The position numbers and the translations under genes were made by a program. The notes beneath the pieces are model-generated. The model did no database searches. It worked only from the letters and a program-made list of their open reading frames with translations, and had not been told where the DNA came from. Shown piece by piece: positions 1-7,603 of a stretch of 33,145 bases of DNA. The DNA is from a virus (lineage: Duplodnaviria > Caudoviricetes), in the IMG/VR virus record IMGVR_UViG_3300020042_001707, positions 1 through 33,145 of that record; one strand, written 5' to 3'. Position 1 is the stretch's first letter; every line of letters begins with the position of its first letter.

Positions 1-23
1 AGACAGATGATGGGTGCGATCCG

Positions 24-488
24 TTGATTACCATCGACTTCGAGACCTACTACGCCGTTGACTACAGCCTGTCCAAGGTGACGACTGAGGAGTATGTGCG
101 TGACTCACGCTTCCAAGTTATCGGGGTAGCGGTCAAGGTGAACAACGAGCCGACAGAATGGTTCACGGGCGATATGGAGGAGACCGCTGAATGGCTGGCG
201 GGCTTCGATTGGGACAACCACTTCGTGTTAGCCCATAACGCTATGTTTGATGCCGCGATTCTGACATGGGTGTTTGGGCAGAAACCCAAGGCGTGGCTGG
301 ATACGCTGTCTATGGCGCGGGCAATACTTGGCACACAGGTGGGCGGCAGTTTGGCTAAGTTGGTCGAGTACTTTGGATGGGTGTCAAGGGTCTTGAGGTT
401 AACGATGCCAAGGGCTTGCGGCGTGAGGACTTTGGCGCACAACAGTTGGCGCAGTATGGTGAGTACTGCAAGAACGATGTGGAGTTGA
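24..488 (+). CDS. DNA polymerase family A, N-terminal 3'-5' exonuclease part; homology ends near nt 376, then continues in the -1 frame
   Basis: ExoI motif ITIDFETY, ExoII motif AHNAMFD and DTLSMAR. After YFG (nt 372-377) the frame stops looking like a polymerase. Confidence 0.85.
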   Translation: MITIDFETYYAVDYSLSKVTTEEYVRDSRFQVIGVAVKVNNEPTEWFTGDMEETAEWLAGFDWDNHFVLAHNAMFDAAILTWVFGQKPKAWLDTLSMARAILGTQVGGSLAKLVEYFGWVSRVLRLTMPRACGVRTLAHNSWRSMVSTARTMWS

Positions 489-1852
489 CCCACAAGCTGT
501 ACAAAGAACTTGATGCAACATTCCCAGTGAGAGAGAAGCGCCTTATAGATATCACCATCCGTATGTTCAGCGACCCCCTACTTGAACTGGATACGCAGAA
601 ATTGGAAGAGCATTTGTCAGCGGTTCGTGAGCGCAAGGACAAATTGTTTATTGATTCTGGGATAACGAAAGAGGTATTGAACAGCTCAGCCAAGTTTGCC
701 GCTCTTCTCGAGTCACACAATGTGCGTCCCCCAATGAAGCCAAGTCCCGCAGACCCTGAGAAGTACATCTATGCGTTTGCTAAGAGTGACAAAGACTTCT
801 TGAACTTACTGGAACACCCCAGCGAAGCAGTGCAAGCTATTGTGGCGGCTCGTATTGGTGCAAAGTCTACGCTTGAAGAGACACGGACTGAGCGGTTCAT
901 CGACATATCCCGTAGAGGGCCGATATGTGGGGCACTTTACCGTCTACCTATTCCTTTGAAATACTACGCCGCGCACACAGGGCGGTGGGGCGGGTCAGAC
1001 AAGGTGAACCTACAGAACCTCCCGAGCCGTGGCTCAGAGGGTGGCAAGCTCAAGCGTTGCATCGTTGCACCCAAGGGCTACGTCATCGTTGACTGCGACT
1101 CTTCGCAGATTGAGGCCCGTGTGCTTGCGTGGTTGGCGGGCGAGACATACATCTTGGACTTGTTCCGCAAGAAAGCCGATGTGTACAAACACATGGCGTC
1201 TGCGATCTTTGGCGTTATGGAGAGCGCTGTAAGCGACCATCAGCGCTTTATTGGCAAGACCACCGTACTTGGCGCAGGGTACGGGATGGGCGCGGAGAAG
1301 TTCCAAGCTCAGCTATCCAACATGGGCAAGGATTTAGATATCGACACCTGCCGCTTCATTATCAAGCAGTACCGTGGTGTGAATCGCCGGATTGCTGAGT
1401 GGTGGAATCATCTGAACTTGGTGTTAACAGCTATTTCAGCCAACAAGCCAATACAGGTGGACTCAGTCGGGCTGATGGAGACATCCCCGTTCACAGGAAT
1501 TCCGTTGCCCAATGGTCTGTTTCTCAACTACCCCGAGTTGCAACGGAATGCTGGCGGGCAATTCACCTACGAGACACGCACTGGCCCAAACAAGATATAC
1601 GGGGGTAAGGTGGCTGAGAACCTATGTCAAGCGATTGCCCGTTGCGTCATTGGTGAGCAGATTATCCAAATTGAAAAACGCTACAGAGTTGTGCTGACTG
1701 TGCATGATGCTGTAGCTTGCGTAGTACCGGAGAACGAGGCTAACGAAGCTCGGGCTTACATCGAAGAATGTATGCGTACATCACCCCTTTGGGCTATAGA
1801 CCTACCGCTTAATTGCGAATCAGGCATGGCTCGTAACTATGGAGATTGTTAA
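377..1852 (+). CDS. polA: DNA polymerase family A, remainder (ExoIII plus polymerase domain)
   Basis: YCKNDV (ExoIII), TGRWGG..NLQNLP, motif A DSSQIEARVLA, motif B RFIGKTTVLGAGYG, motif C TVHDA. Confidence 0.93.
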   Translation: MGVKGLEVNDAKGLRREDFGAQQLAQYGEYCKNDVELTHKLYKELDATFPVREKRLIDITIRMFSDPLLELDTQKLEEHLSAVRERKDKLFIDSGITKEVLNSSAKFAALLESHNVRPPMKPSPADPEKYIYAFAKSDKDFLNLLEHPSEAVQAIVAARIGAKSTLEETRTERFIDISRRGPICGALYRLPIPLKYYAAHTGRWGGSDKVNLQNLPSRGSEGGKLKRCIVAPKGYVIVDCDSSQIEARVLAWLAGETYILDLFRKKADVYKHMASAIFGVMESAVSDHQRFIGKTTVLGAGYGMGAEKFQAQLSNMGKDLDIDTCRFIIKQYRGVNRRIAEWWNHLNLVLTAISANKPIQVDSVGLMETSPFTGIPLPNGLFLNYPELQRNAGGQFTYETRTGPNKIYGGKVAENLCQAIARCVIGEQIIQIEKRYRVVLTVHDAVACVVPENEANEARAYIEECMRTSPLWAIDLPLNCESGMARNYGDC

Positions 1853-2529
1853 TGGCAAAACCTATCACTTGGTCGTACAGCAGTTTGGCGTTGTATCAGC
1901 AGTGCCCGAAGAAGTACTATCACCTCAAGGTAGCAAAAGATATCAAGGAGCCGCTGGGTGAGGCCATTATTTTTGGTAACGAGATTCATAAGATTGCGGA
2001 AGAATACGTTGGTAAAGGTCGTCCCATTCCTGAGAAATACAACCACATAGAGCCAGCCCTTAAGTCGTTGAAAGATATGCCCGGGGAGAAACTTTGCGAG
2101 AACAAGCTGGGGCTTACCGCTGAGTTGGAGCCATGCGGGTTCTTCGATAAGAACGTATGGTGGCGTGGCGTTGCTGACATCATCATCTTACAAGGTGACA
2201 CTGCTCTGACTGTTGACTACAAGACGGGCAAGTCGAGCAAGTATGCAGAATTAAAACAGCTTGAGATTGTGTCCCTTGCAATATTCAAGCACTTCCCTGA
2301 GGTAAAGAAAGTCAAAGCGGGCTTGATGTTCCTGTTCGCCGATGACTTCATAAAGACTGCTTATTTAGCTGACTCACAAGAAGAACTGTGGGGCAGTTGG
2401 ATTTCAGATGTTGGTCAATTGAAAGCTTCCGTAGAAAACGATATGTGGAATCCTAAACCCAACTTTACGTGTCGTGGCTGGTGTCCAGTCACATCTTGCG
2501 ATCATAACGAAGGAGAGAGAAATGGCTAA
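1852..2529 (+). CDS. PD-(D/E)XK exonuclease, Cas4/RecB-like, with a putative Fe-S cluster
   Basis: WSYSSL..CP, G..IH, RGVADII, DYKTGK, Q-motif and C-terminal C-x3-CP-x3-C. ATG at 1852 overlaps the pol stop (TAATG). Confidence 0.85.
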   Translation: MAKPITWSYSSLALYQQCPKKYYHLKVAKDIKEPLGEAIIFGNEIHKIAEEYVGKGRPIPEKYNHIEPALKSLKDMPGEKLCENKLGLTAELEPCGFFDKNVWWRGVADIIILQGDTALTVDYKTGKSSKYAELKQLEIVSLAIFKHFPEVKKVKAGLMFLFADDFIKTAYLADSQEELWGSWISDVGQLKASVENDMWNPKPNFTCRGWCPVTSCDHNEGERNG

Positions 2530-3010
2530 AAAATTGAGTAGAGCAGAAAAGATTCGTCGCTTCCTTAAAGCAAACCCCGACATGGCATTGAAAGATGTTG
2601 CGGCTAAATTTGATACGACCTATCAGGTTGTGTACATGGTCAGGCAGGAGATGCGCAAGCGCGAGAAATTTTGGGTGCAATATGGAGCAACGACTCCCAT
2701 GCCCGAACTAGAACCGACAAAAGAGTATTCATATGCGTGGATAGATACCAACCAACTGGACGAAAGCGCCAAAGATGCGCTGGCTTCTAAGCTAATCACC
2801 ATGGAAGAACCCGCGTCTGACCCAGTGAATCATCCTGCCCATTATAAGACGGGCGGTATTGAAACGATTGACTTCATCGAAGCCAAGCAATTCAACTACA
2901 ACATGGGTAACGCCGTGAAGTACATCAGTCGGGCCGAACACAAAGGTAACAAGCAACAAGACTTGGAAAAAGCGATTTGGTATCTCAACCGTGAACTAAG
3001 CAGGGGTTGA
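2522..3010 (+). CDS. N-terminal HTH-like domain fused to DUF3310 (T7 gp1.7-like nucleotide kinase domain)
   Basis: C-terminal DPVNHPAHY..GGIETIDFI..GNAVKYISRA..K..DLEKAIWYL. AAGGAG RBS before the ATG at 2522. Confidence 0.8.
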   Translation: MAKKLSRAEKIRRFLKANPDMALKDVAAKFDTTYQVVYMVRQEMRKREKFWVQYGATTPMPELEPTKEYSYAWIDTNQLDESAKDALASKLITMEEPASDPVNHPAHYKTGGIETIDFIEAKQFNYNMGNAVKYISRAEHKGNKQQDLEKAIWYLNRELSRG

Positions 3011-3011
3011 C

Positions 3012-3143
3012 ATGTTAGAAATGATTGCAGGGATTCTTGTGATGACAGCAATGCTGGCACTGGGCGCGATACTGTTTGTCTTTGTCTGCGCCATGATTGG
3101 CTGGATGGTTTACTCAACACAGAACGGAGGAGATGATGATTGA
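3012..3143 (+). CDS. small single-TM membrane protein, 43 aa (not in the ORF track)
   Basis: Translates as MLEMIAGILVMTAMLALGAILFVFVCAMIGWMVYSTQNGGDDD*. It fills the gap between neighbours and has AGGGG upstream. Confidence 0.65.
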   Translation: MLEMIAGILVMTAMLALGAILFVFVCAMIGWMVYSTQNGGDDD

Positions 3144-4242
3144 GAAGCTAAAAATCTTTTTTACGTGGGTTAAAAATGTTTGGTTCAGACCTTTTGTTGT
3201 TCAACCCATTCAAGACATCACGCCCAAAGGGGAAACACTTAAGCGTAAGTATGACAAGCAAAAATCCAAAACGCTTTCAGACTTACTCGATGAGTTGGAG
3301 TACACGTTTGATGCGATGGAGATTGACTACGACAGGCTATCTTATCTATCAAAATCCGATGTCAAAGGGCTTAAGAAGTATGGCGTATCAGTAGTACCCG
3401 AACTGGTAAATAAATCTGATAAGGACGTAAAAAAATCTACCATTAATGACGGCGCGGAGCTACCATCCATTTTGTTTATGGCTATAAATGATGGGGAGTC
3501 GGTAAGCAACAAGAAAAAGTTTATGCAGCCTGATTTCTTTTTTGCAATTAAGCAGAAGAAATGCCCTTGGTTTGTAGCCAAACAAGCCGGTGTAATTTAT
3601 AACTGTGGTTTTGGTTATCGAGATGCATGCGATAAAAATAAGAAAATTCTTTGGGTTAACTTTTACATAACGGTCAATCAAAGTAGGGAAGTATTGTGTA
3701 CGCACTATTTAGCAAACAACACGGTGCAAACGCCTACAGGTGTGTACAACAAAAAATCTTGGGTGGTCTACAACTGGGGTAGAAATGATTTAGAAAAAGA
3801 CTATGTTTCAAAGATAGTGGCGCACTATTTCAACACATGGATAGGCAAGCGCACGATGTGGTCAACCACAGTGGAACGCAATGAACACCGCGCAGTTTTC
3901 TACGTCGACCCTAGAGAAACAAAGGCATACTTCAAAGGGCGAGACAAATCTGTTACTGAGAATGGCTCTACCAAACGCATCATTCACTTGGTTGAAGAGC
4001 ACGAGCGCAAGTATTTAAATGGGCGTGTAGCTGTTGTGCGTGAACACATTAGGGGATTGAACAAGTTCTCGTGGAAAGGTTTTGATTGTTACGTGGCCGC
4101 ACCAAAATTTCACATTGATGTTCAGACCTTTACAGAACCAGCAGAGGACGTCGCTGAAGAAGATGTTGGTGTAGGTAAGAGATACGTTGATACTTCAACA
4201 TTTGCAGATATGTTGCATCAACACGGCGGTCAAAAACTTTAA
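3133..4242 (+). CDS. hypothetical protein with a His/Arg motif (RIIHLVEEHER..VREHIRG)
   Basis: Long ORF with a GGAGGAG RBS upstream of the tandem ATGs at 3133/3136. More AT-rich than the pol gene. Confidence 0.75.
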   Translation: MMIEKLKIFFTWVKNVWFRPFVVQPIQDITPKGETLKRKYDKQKSKTLSDLLDELEYTFDAMEIDYDRLSYLSKSDVKGLKKYGVSVVPELVNKSDKDVKKSTINDGAELPSILFMAINDGESVSNKKKFMQPDFFFAIKQKKCPWFVAKQAGVIYNCGFGYRDACDKNKKILWVNFYITVNQSREVLCTHYLANNTVQTPTGVYNKKSWVVYNWGRNDLEKDYVSKIVAHYFNTWIGKRTMWSTTVERNEHRAVFYVDPRETKAYFKGRDKSVTENGSTKRIIHLVEEHERKYLNGRVAVVREHIRGLNKFSWKGFDCYVAAPKFHIDVQTFTEPAEDVAEEDVGVGKRYVDTSTFADMLHQHGGQKL

Positions 4243-4255
4243 CACAGGAGTACAC

Positions 4256-4570
4256 ATGACTGACGAGAAAAATAAGGGGTTGAACTTTGTTGTTCGCTCG
4301 CTGGCAAATGACCCCGACTACATCAAGTGTCCACGGTGTTGGCACTACACACATGAGGGGTTCCACAACTACGACAACCTGTGCGACAGATGTTGTAGCA
4401 ACATGGTTGAAGGGTGGCCTGACCATCCCGACACTGCGCACATTTTGGAGTCAAGGAAAAAACAACGGGAGTATTTTTCCGCAGCAGCAGTGGCGGCAAG
4501 GAAGCAAGGGGACCCCATGATTGACCCGTACCGCATTGCAATGGAGTTTTATTTGAAGGAGAAGCTATGA
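4256..4570 (+). CDS. small protein with an FPG/IleRS-type zinc finger
   Basis: KCPRCWHY..LCDRC motif. CAGGAG RBS before the ATG at 4256. Confidence 0.75.
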   Translation: MTDEKNKGLNFVVRSLANDPDYIKCPRCWHYTHEGFHNYDNLCDRCCSNMVEGWPDHPDTAHILESRKKQREYFSAAAVAARKQGDPMIDPYRIAMEFYLKEKL

Positions 4571-4752
4571 CACCAATCGAATTTGTTGTTTTTGAGGGTG
4601 ACACTGACCCTAACCAGCCGGTTTATCAAATAGCCGAAGCCATGCACAAGCTAATAAAAATACATAGCTCTGGCGCAGAGTGGGAAGTTATCGGTTACTA
4701 CTACGGTGACGAAGGTCACATGGTGTTGGACATCAAGGAAAAGAACACATGA
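4567..4752 (+). CDS. hypothetical protein
   Basis: ATGA overlap with the previous gene, AAGGAG RBS, ends in KEKNT. Confidence 0.7.
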   Translation: MTPIEFVVFEGDTDPNQPVYQIAEAMHKLIKIHSSGAEWEVIGYYYGDEGHMVLDIKEKNT

Positions 4753-4865
4753 TTGAACTTATTGCAGCATTTGTTGTTGGTTTAATGACAAGACCACTTT
4801 TTGATTTGCTTTTTTTCTTCTTAAAGAACGCCATTGAAGCCAAACTAAAGGAGAAGAACACATGA
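4749..4865 (+). CDS. small hydrophobic protein, 38 aa (not in the ORF track)
   Basis: Translates as MIELIAAFVVGLMTRPLFDLLFFFLKNAIEAKLKEKNT*. ATGA overlaps at both ends. Confidence 0.65.
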   Translation: MIELIAAFVVGLMTRPLFDLLFFFLKNAIEAKLKEKNT

Positions 4866-5101
4866 CAGACGAAGAACGATTGCAAATGATTACTGAGCAA
4901 CTGCTTATCGTGCGTGACAACCTGTTTCGCGGTATGAGCAAATCAATGCAAAAGTTGCAAGCAAAGAGCATCAATGAGGTGCTTGAACTGCCAAACTTTA
5001 CAGAGTCACCACAGCGCACAGAGCAGAACTTTTGCTCACGTTGCGGCAAACGCACAAAAGATTCGACCCACATTCATACTTGCACACCACCACATGATTG
5101 A
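4862..5101 (+). CDS. hypothetical protein with a C-terminal CxxC..HxC zinc-binding motif
   Basis: FCSRCGKR..HIHTC motif, AAGGAG RBS and ATGA coupling. Confidence 0.7.
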   Translation: MTDEERLQMITEQLLIVRDNLFRGMSKSMQKLQAKSINEVLELPNFTESPQRTEQNFCSRCGKRTKDSTHIHTCTPPHD

Positions 5102-5285
5102 CCGAATCATCATCAGCACAGTCATGGGGGTATCAGGCTGGTATGGCTTATTCCCCGACACGCCACAACCTTTTACTCCAACACAGTTACAAGAAAAAGC
5201 AAAGGAGAAATCCATAAGCAAGATGTGCGACAGGAAACCCAAGAGCAAAGAAGCAAAAGATTTGTGTAGAAGATGGAGAAAATAA
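5094..5285 (+). CDS. hypothetical protein with a hydrophobic N-terminus
   Basis: ATG at 5094 overlaps the previous gene; begins MIDRIIISTVMGVSGWYGLF. Confidence 0.55.
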   Translation: MIDRIIISTVMGVSGWYGLFPDTPQPFTPTQLQEKAKEKSISKMCDRKPKSKEAKDLCRRWRK

Positions 5286-5286
5286 A

Positions 5287-5637
5287 ATGCTTGAACGTAT
5301 AAGAACATTCTTTGGTAGGGAGAAGGGTATGCACCCAAACAAGTCAACCATTGTTGCCCAGGGAACAGCGTGGTACTGTACTGAATGTAGGCTGGTATTT
5401 ATAACTAAGTTAGCTGGCGATCAGCACAGTTGTGAGTATCGTTTTCAAGACGCAATTGTAGGGATGAGAAAAATGCCGAGACCAAAATCTGAATTAACAA
5501 AGAGTGGCAAAATCATTGGCATTCGAGTAACACAAAGTGAGTATGAAGAATATACAAAGCTTGGTGGTGGTAAGTGGATACGTAAGTTGCTACAACAAAA
5601 TAGAGACAAAAGGAGCAAAAATGGAAAAAGTTACTAA
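5287..5637 (+). CDS. zinc-finger plus ribbon-helix-helix-like putative DNA-binding protein
   Basis: CTEC..HSC, then MPRPKSELT..IGIRVTQSEYEEYTKLGGGKWIRKLL. GGAG upstream. Possible internal start at 5473. Confidence 0.6.
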   Translation: MLERIRTFFGREKGMHPNKSTIVAQGTAWYCTECRLVFITKLAGDQHSCEYRFQDAIVGMRKMPRPKSELTKSGKIIGIRVTQSEYEEYTKLGGGKWIRKLLQQNRDKRSKNGKSY

Positions 5638-5809
5638 TAACGTCTTTGATTGGAGAGGTCCCAGTCTCTTCACCAAAGACAAAGAACTAAGACGACACGT
5701 ACTTGGTGTGCAATCAGCTAACACAAGAAAAGAAATAGAAAACAGTCTGATTAAAAAAGAACAGTTTACAACTTACTGCAAAGCTAGAGATCCAGGAGAG
5801 AACAAATGA
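5621..5809 (+). CDS. hypothetical protein
   Basis: AAGGAG RBS before the ATG at 5621. Confidence 0.65.
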   Translation: MEKVTNNVFDWRGPSLFTKDKELRRHVLGVQSANTRKEIENSLIKKEQFTTYCKARDPGENK

Positions 5810-5913
5810 TAGCTACTGTTTTTGCTCTTATCTTAGGTGCAATAGTTGGTGTAGGTACGCTAGTATTGTTTGCAGTAGTACTAGCGCACCTCCAAGACGT
5901 TGATAGAGACTAG
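5806..5913 (+). CDS. small single-TM protein, 35 aa (not in the ORF track)
   Basis: Translates as MIATVFALILGAIVGVGTLVLFAVVLAHLQDVDRD*. CAGGAG RBS and ATGA overlap. Confidence 0.65.
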   Translation: MIATVFALILGAIVGVGTLVLFAVVLAHLQDVDRD

Positions 5914-6338
5914 GCGTAAGCTCTAGTACCCTGTTTATCAATAATCAAAGCCATCGAACGTGGTTTAGCATCCTCTGTATTGGGGATGCTTACGTGTGTC
6001 CACCTATCAAACTCACGGATAACTTGGTCGTACTGAAGATTCGCCCCTATGATGGCAGATACAACTTCGTTAGGAGTCATACCAGGAACACGAATATCAG
6101 CAGCACACCCACGCCGATGTTGTGATTTGTCACTCGAACCTACTGCTTTGTTAACTTCAGCACAACGAAAAGCAGAGTTAATCATAATAGGTTTGCCACC
6201 TAATACTACTTTAACTTCTTCTAAGAACTCAGCTAAACGAATTAGGTTGGCTAACTCTTCATCATTGGGGGTGTTGTCAAACTCACGATGATCAGTGTGT
6301 GTTAGTTCATCAAGAGTAAAGTTGGGGCTTAAGTTCAT
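5910..6338 (-). CDS. endolysin, peptidase M15A (Zn peptidase)
   Basis: INSAFRC..N.AVG..SQH..GCAADI..WTHVS; lies next to the spanin genes. Confidence 0.9.
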   Translation of the reverse strand: MNLSPNFTLDELTHTDHREFDNTPNDEELANLIRLAEFLEEVKVVLGGKPIMINSAFRCAEVNKAVGSSDKSQHRRGCAADIRVPGMTPNEVVSAIIGANLQYDQVIREFDRWTHVSIPNTEDAKPRSMALIIDKQGTRAYA

Positions 6339-6817
6339 GGTTTTCCTTTTAGAGTTTGGTAAATAGAATTGTAGGCATCAATGCAAGCATTTAATTGTCT
6401 TGTGTTTTCATCTCCTTTGTCTGTGATGGCGACAAGAGATCTAGCAATCGTTGGGTCAAGTTCGGCTGTTGCTTGAATGCTATCTCTGGGGGGAGAGGTG
6501 GTATCTGTGGAGGTTGATATGGGGCAGTCGGGGGCTTTGATAGGAAGCCGCAGCTTGAGAGCACCAGAGGCAATAGCAGAGTCCCTCTTAGCAATTTGAA
6601 TCTTTGCTTCATTGTTCACCTTTACTAGTTGAGTTGCAGTTTTATTTACAGCAGATACAAGAGCCTGTTCTTTTTGTCTAGACTCTTCATTGAGCTTAGC
6701 AATTTCAGCTTGTTGTTTCAAGACTTCATCTTCGCTGCCCTTGTAATAGCCTCCTAAAAAGCTACTAGTAACAAATAAGATGATGCCTAAAAGTACCCAG
6801 GGATTAAACAAGCTCAT
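6335..6817 (-). CDS. Rz: i-spanin (Rz-like)
   Basis: N-terminal TM, coiled coil, C-terminal QLNACI and an embedded lipoprotein gene. Confidence 0.85.
   Translation of the reverse strand: MSLFNPWVLLGIILFVTSSFLGGYYKGSEDEVLKQQAEIAKLNEESRQKEQALVSAVNKTATQLVKVNNEAKIQIAKRDSAIASGALKLRLPIKAPDCPISTSTDTTSPPRDSIQATAELDPTIARSLVAITDKGDENTRQLNACIDAYNSIYQTLKGKP
6391..6612 (-). CDS. Rz1: o-spanin lipoprotein (Rz1-like), embedded in Rz in an alternate frame
   Basis: Basic N-terminus, hydrophobic stretch, lipobox LSSC and a Pro-rich mature region (PPTAPYQPPQIPPLPP). Confidence 0.8.
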   Translation of the reverse strand: MKQRFKLLRGTLLLPLVLSSCGFLSKPPTAPYQPPQIPPLPPEIAFKQQPNLTQRLLDLLSPSQTKEMKTQDN

Positions 6818-7137
6818 GGTTTTGGGGACTCATCGTTATCAACAGCTTCAGCTTTAGCTGTTGCTGTAGCTATAGCTTTGATTCCAGATCTACCAGCAAC
6901 ACCACCAAGTACACCAGTGATGAAGACCATGATAGTACTAATCTGCTGGGTATATACCTTATCAATAGGAGCCATTCCAGCCATAGGCTGAGTCACATAA
7001 GTTAAGGCATAAAGAAACATAGCAACTGATCCAAGCAAAATCAAGATCAAACAAACAATAACAAAAGCCCACACTCGTACTTCAATCTCTTCAGCAGTAA
7101 GTCGGTTGTTAGGTTTATATCCAATAGTAGCCATCAT
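6814..7137 (-). CDS. two-TM membrane protein, holin candidate
   Basis: Two hydrophobic segments, MM dual start, position in the lysis cassette. Confidence 0.55.
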   Translation of the reverse strand: MMATIGYKPNNRLTAEEIEVRVWAFVIVCLILILLGSVAMFLYALTYVTQPMAGMAPIDKVYTQQISTIMVFITGVLGGVAGRSGIKAIATATAKAEAVDNDESPKP

Positions 7138-7319
7138 TTTTTCTCCTGTTCGGTTTTAACGAGTTGCTCTGGACAAGTACCAGTAGCGGTACAGATTGGA
7201 GGTTTACATTCAGGCTCACTCCAATTCTTTGGGTCTTGACACTTGTACCGAAAGCGGTCTTCACAACCAGTAAGAACCACTAACAATACAGACAGAAACC
7301 AAATCTCATATACATTCAT
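7134..7319 (-). CDS. small Cys-rich lipoprotein
   Basis: Signal peptide with lipobox LTGC and four more Cys. Confidence 0.7.
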   Translation of the reverse strand: MNVYEIWFLSVLLVVLTGCEDRFRYKCQDPKNWSEPECKPPICTATGTCPEQLVKTEQEKK

Positions 7320-7603
7320 TTGTTTTTCTCCCTTTGTTGACTTTCAATTTGACGTCTTAATTTTTCAACCTTCTCAAGTTGCTGCTTAACCTCATGCTTA
7401 GCATCTAAGATATCTAGATACAACATTGCACCCAAGGGAAGTAGAAAAGCAATCAGAATACAAGCTGCAACCCACCCCACTATGTCTTCCCCCAACGATT
7501 TACGAACAACAGCCACGCCCACAGGTACACGAGGAAGATCAAAGTCGCTATTAGGTATGCTGACTTTGCGTGCAAGTTTCGCTTTGCTTCCTCCCGTTGC
7601 CAT
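7316..7603 (-). CDS. single-TM plus coiled-coil protein (start uncertain)
   Basis: TM segment IVGWVAACILIAFLLPLGAMLYL followed by a charged helix. Overlaps the upstream gene. Confidence 0.6.
   Translation of the reverse strand: MATGGSKAKLARKVSIPNSDFDLPRVPVGVAVVRKSLGEDIVGWVAACILIAFLLPLGAMLYLDILDAKHEVKQQLEKVEKLRRQIESQQREKNK

Noticed and set aside
24-1852. Intron, intein or stop-codon reassignment as the explanation for the split polymerase
   Set aside because: There is no inserted sequence, the break is a one-base frame change, and all other genes read normally in the standard code.
1852-2529. Cas4-like gene as part of a CRISPR-Cas locus
   Set aside because: There is no repeat-spacer array or other cas gene. 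Solo Cas4/RecB-like nucleases are common beside phage polymerases.
62-5347. Minus-strand and alternate-frame ORFs within the left arm
   Set aside because: They overlap well-supported + strand genes and have no recognisable motifs.
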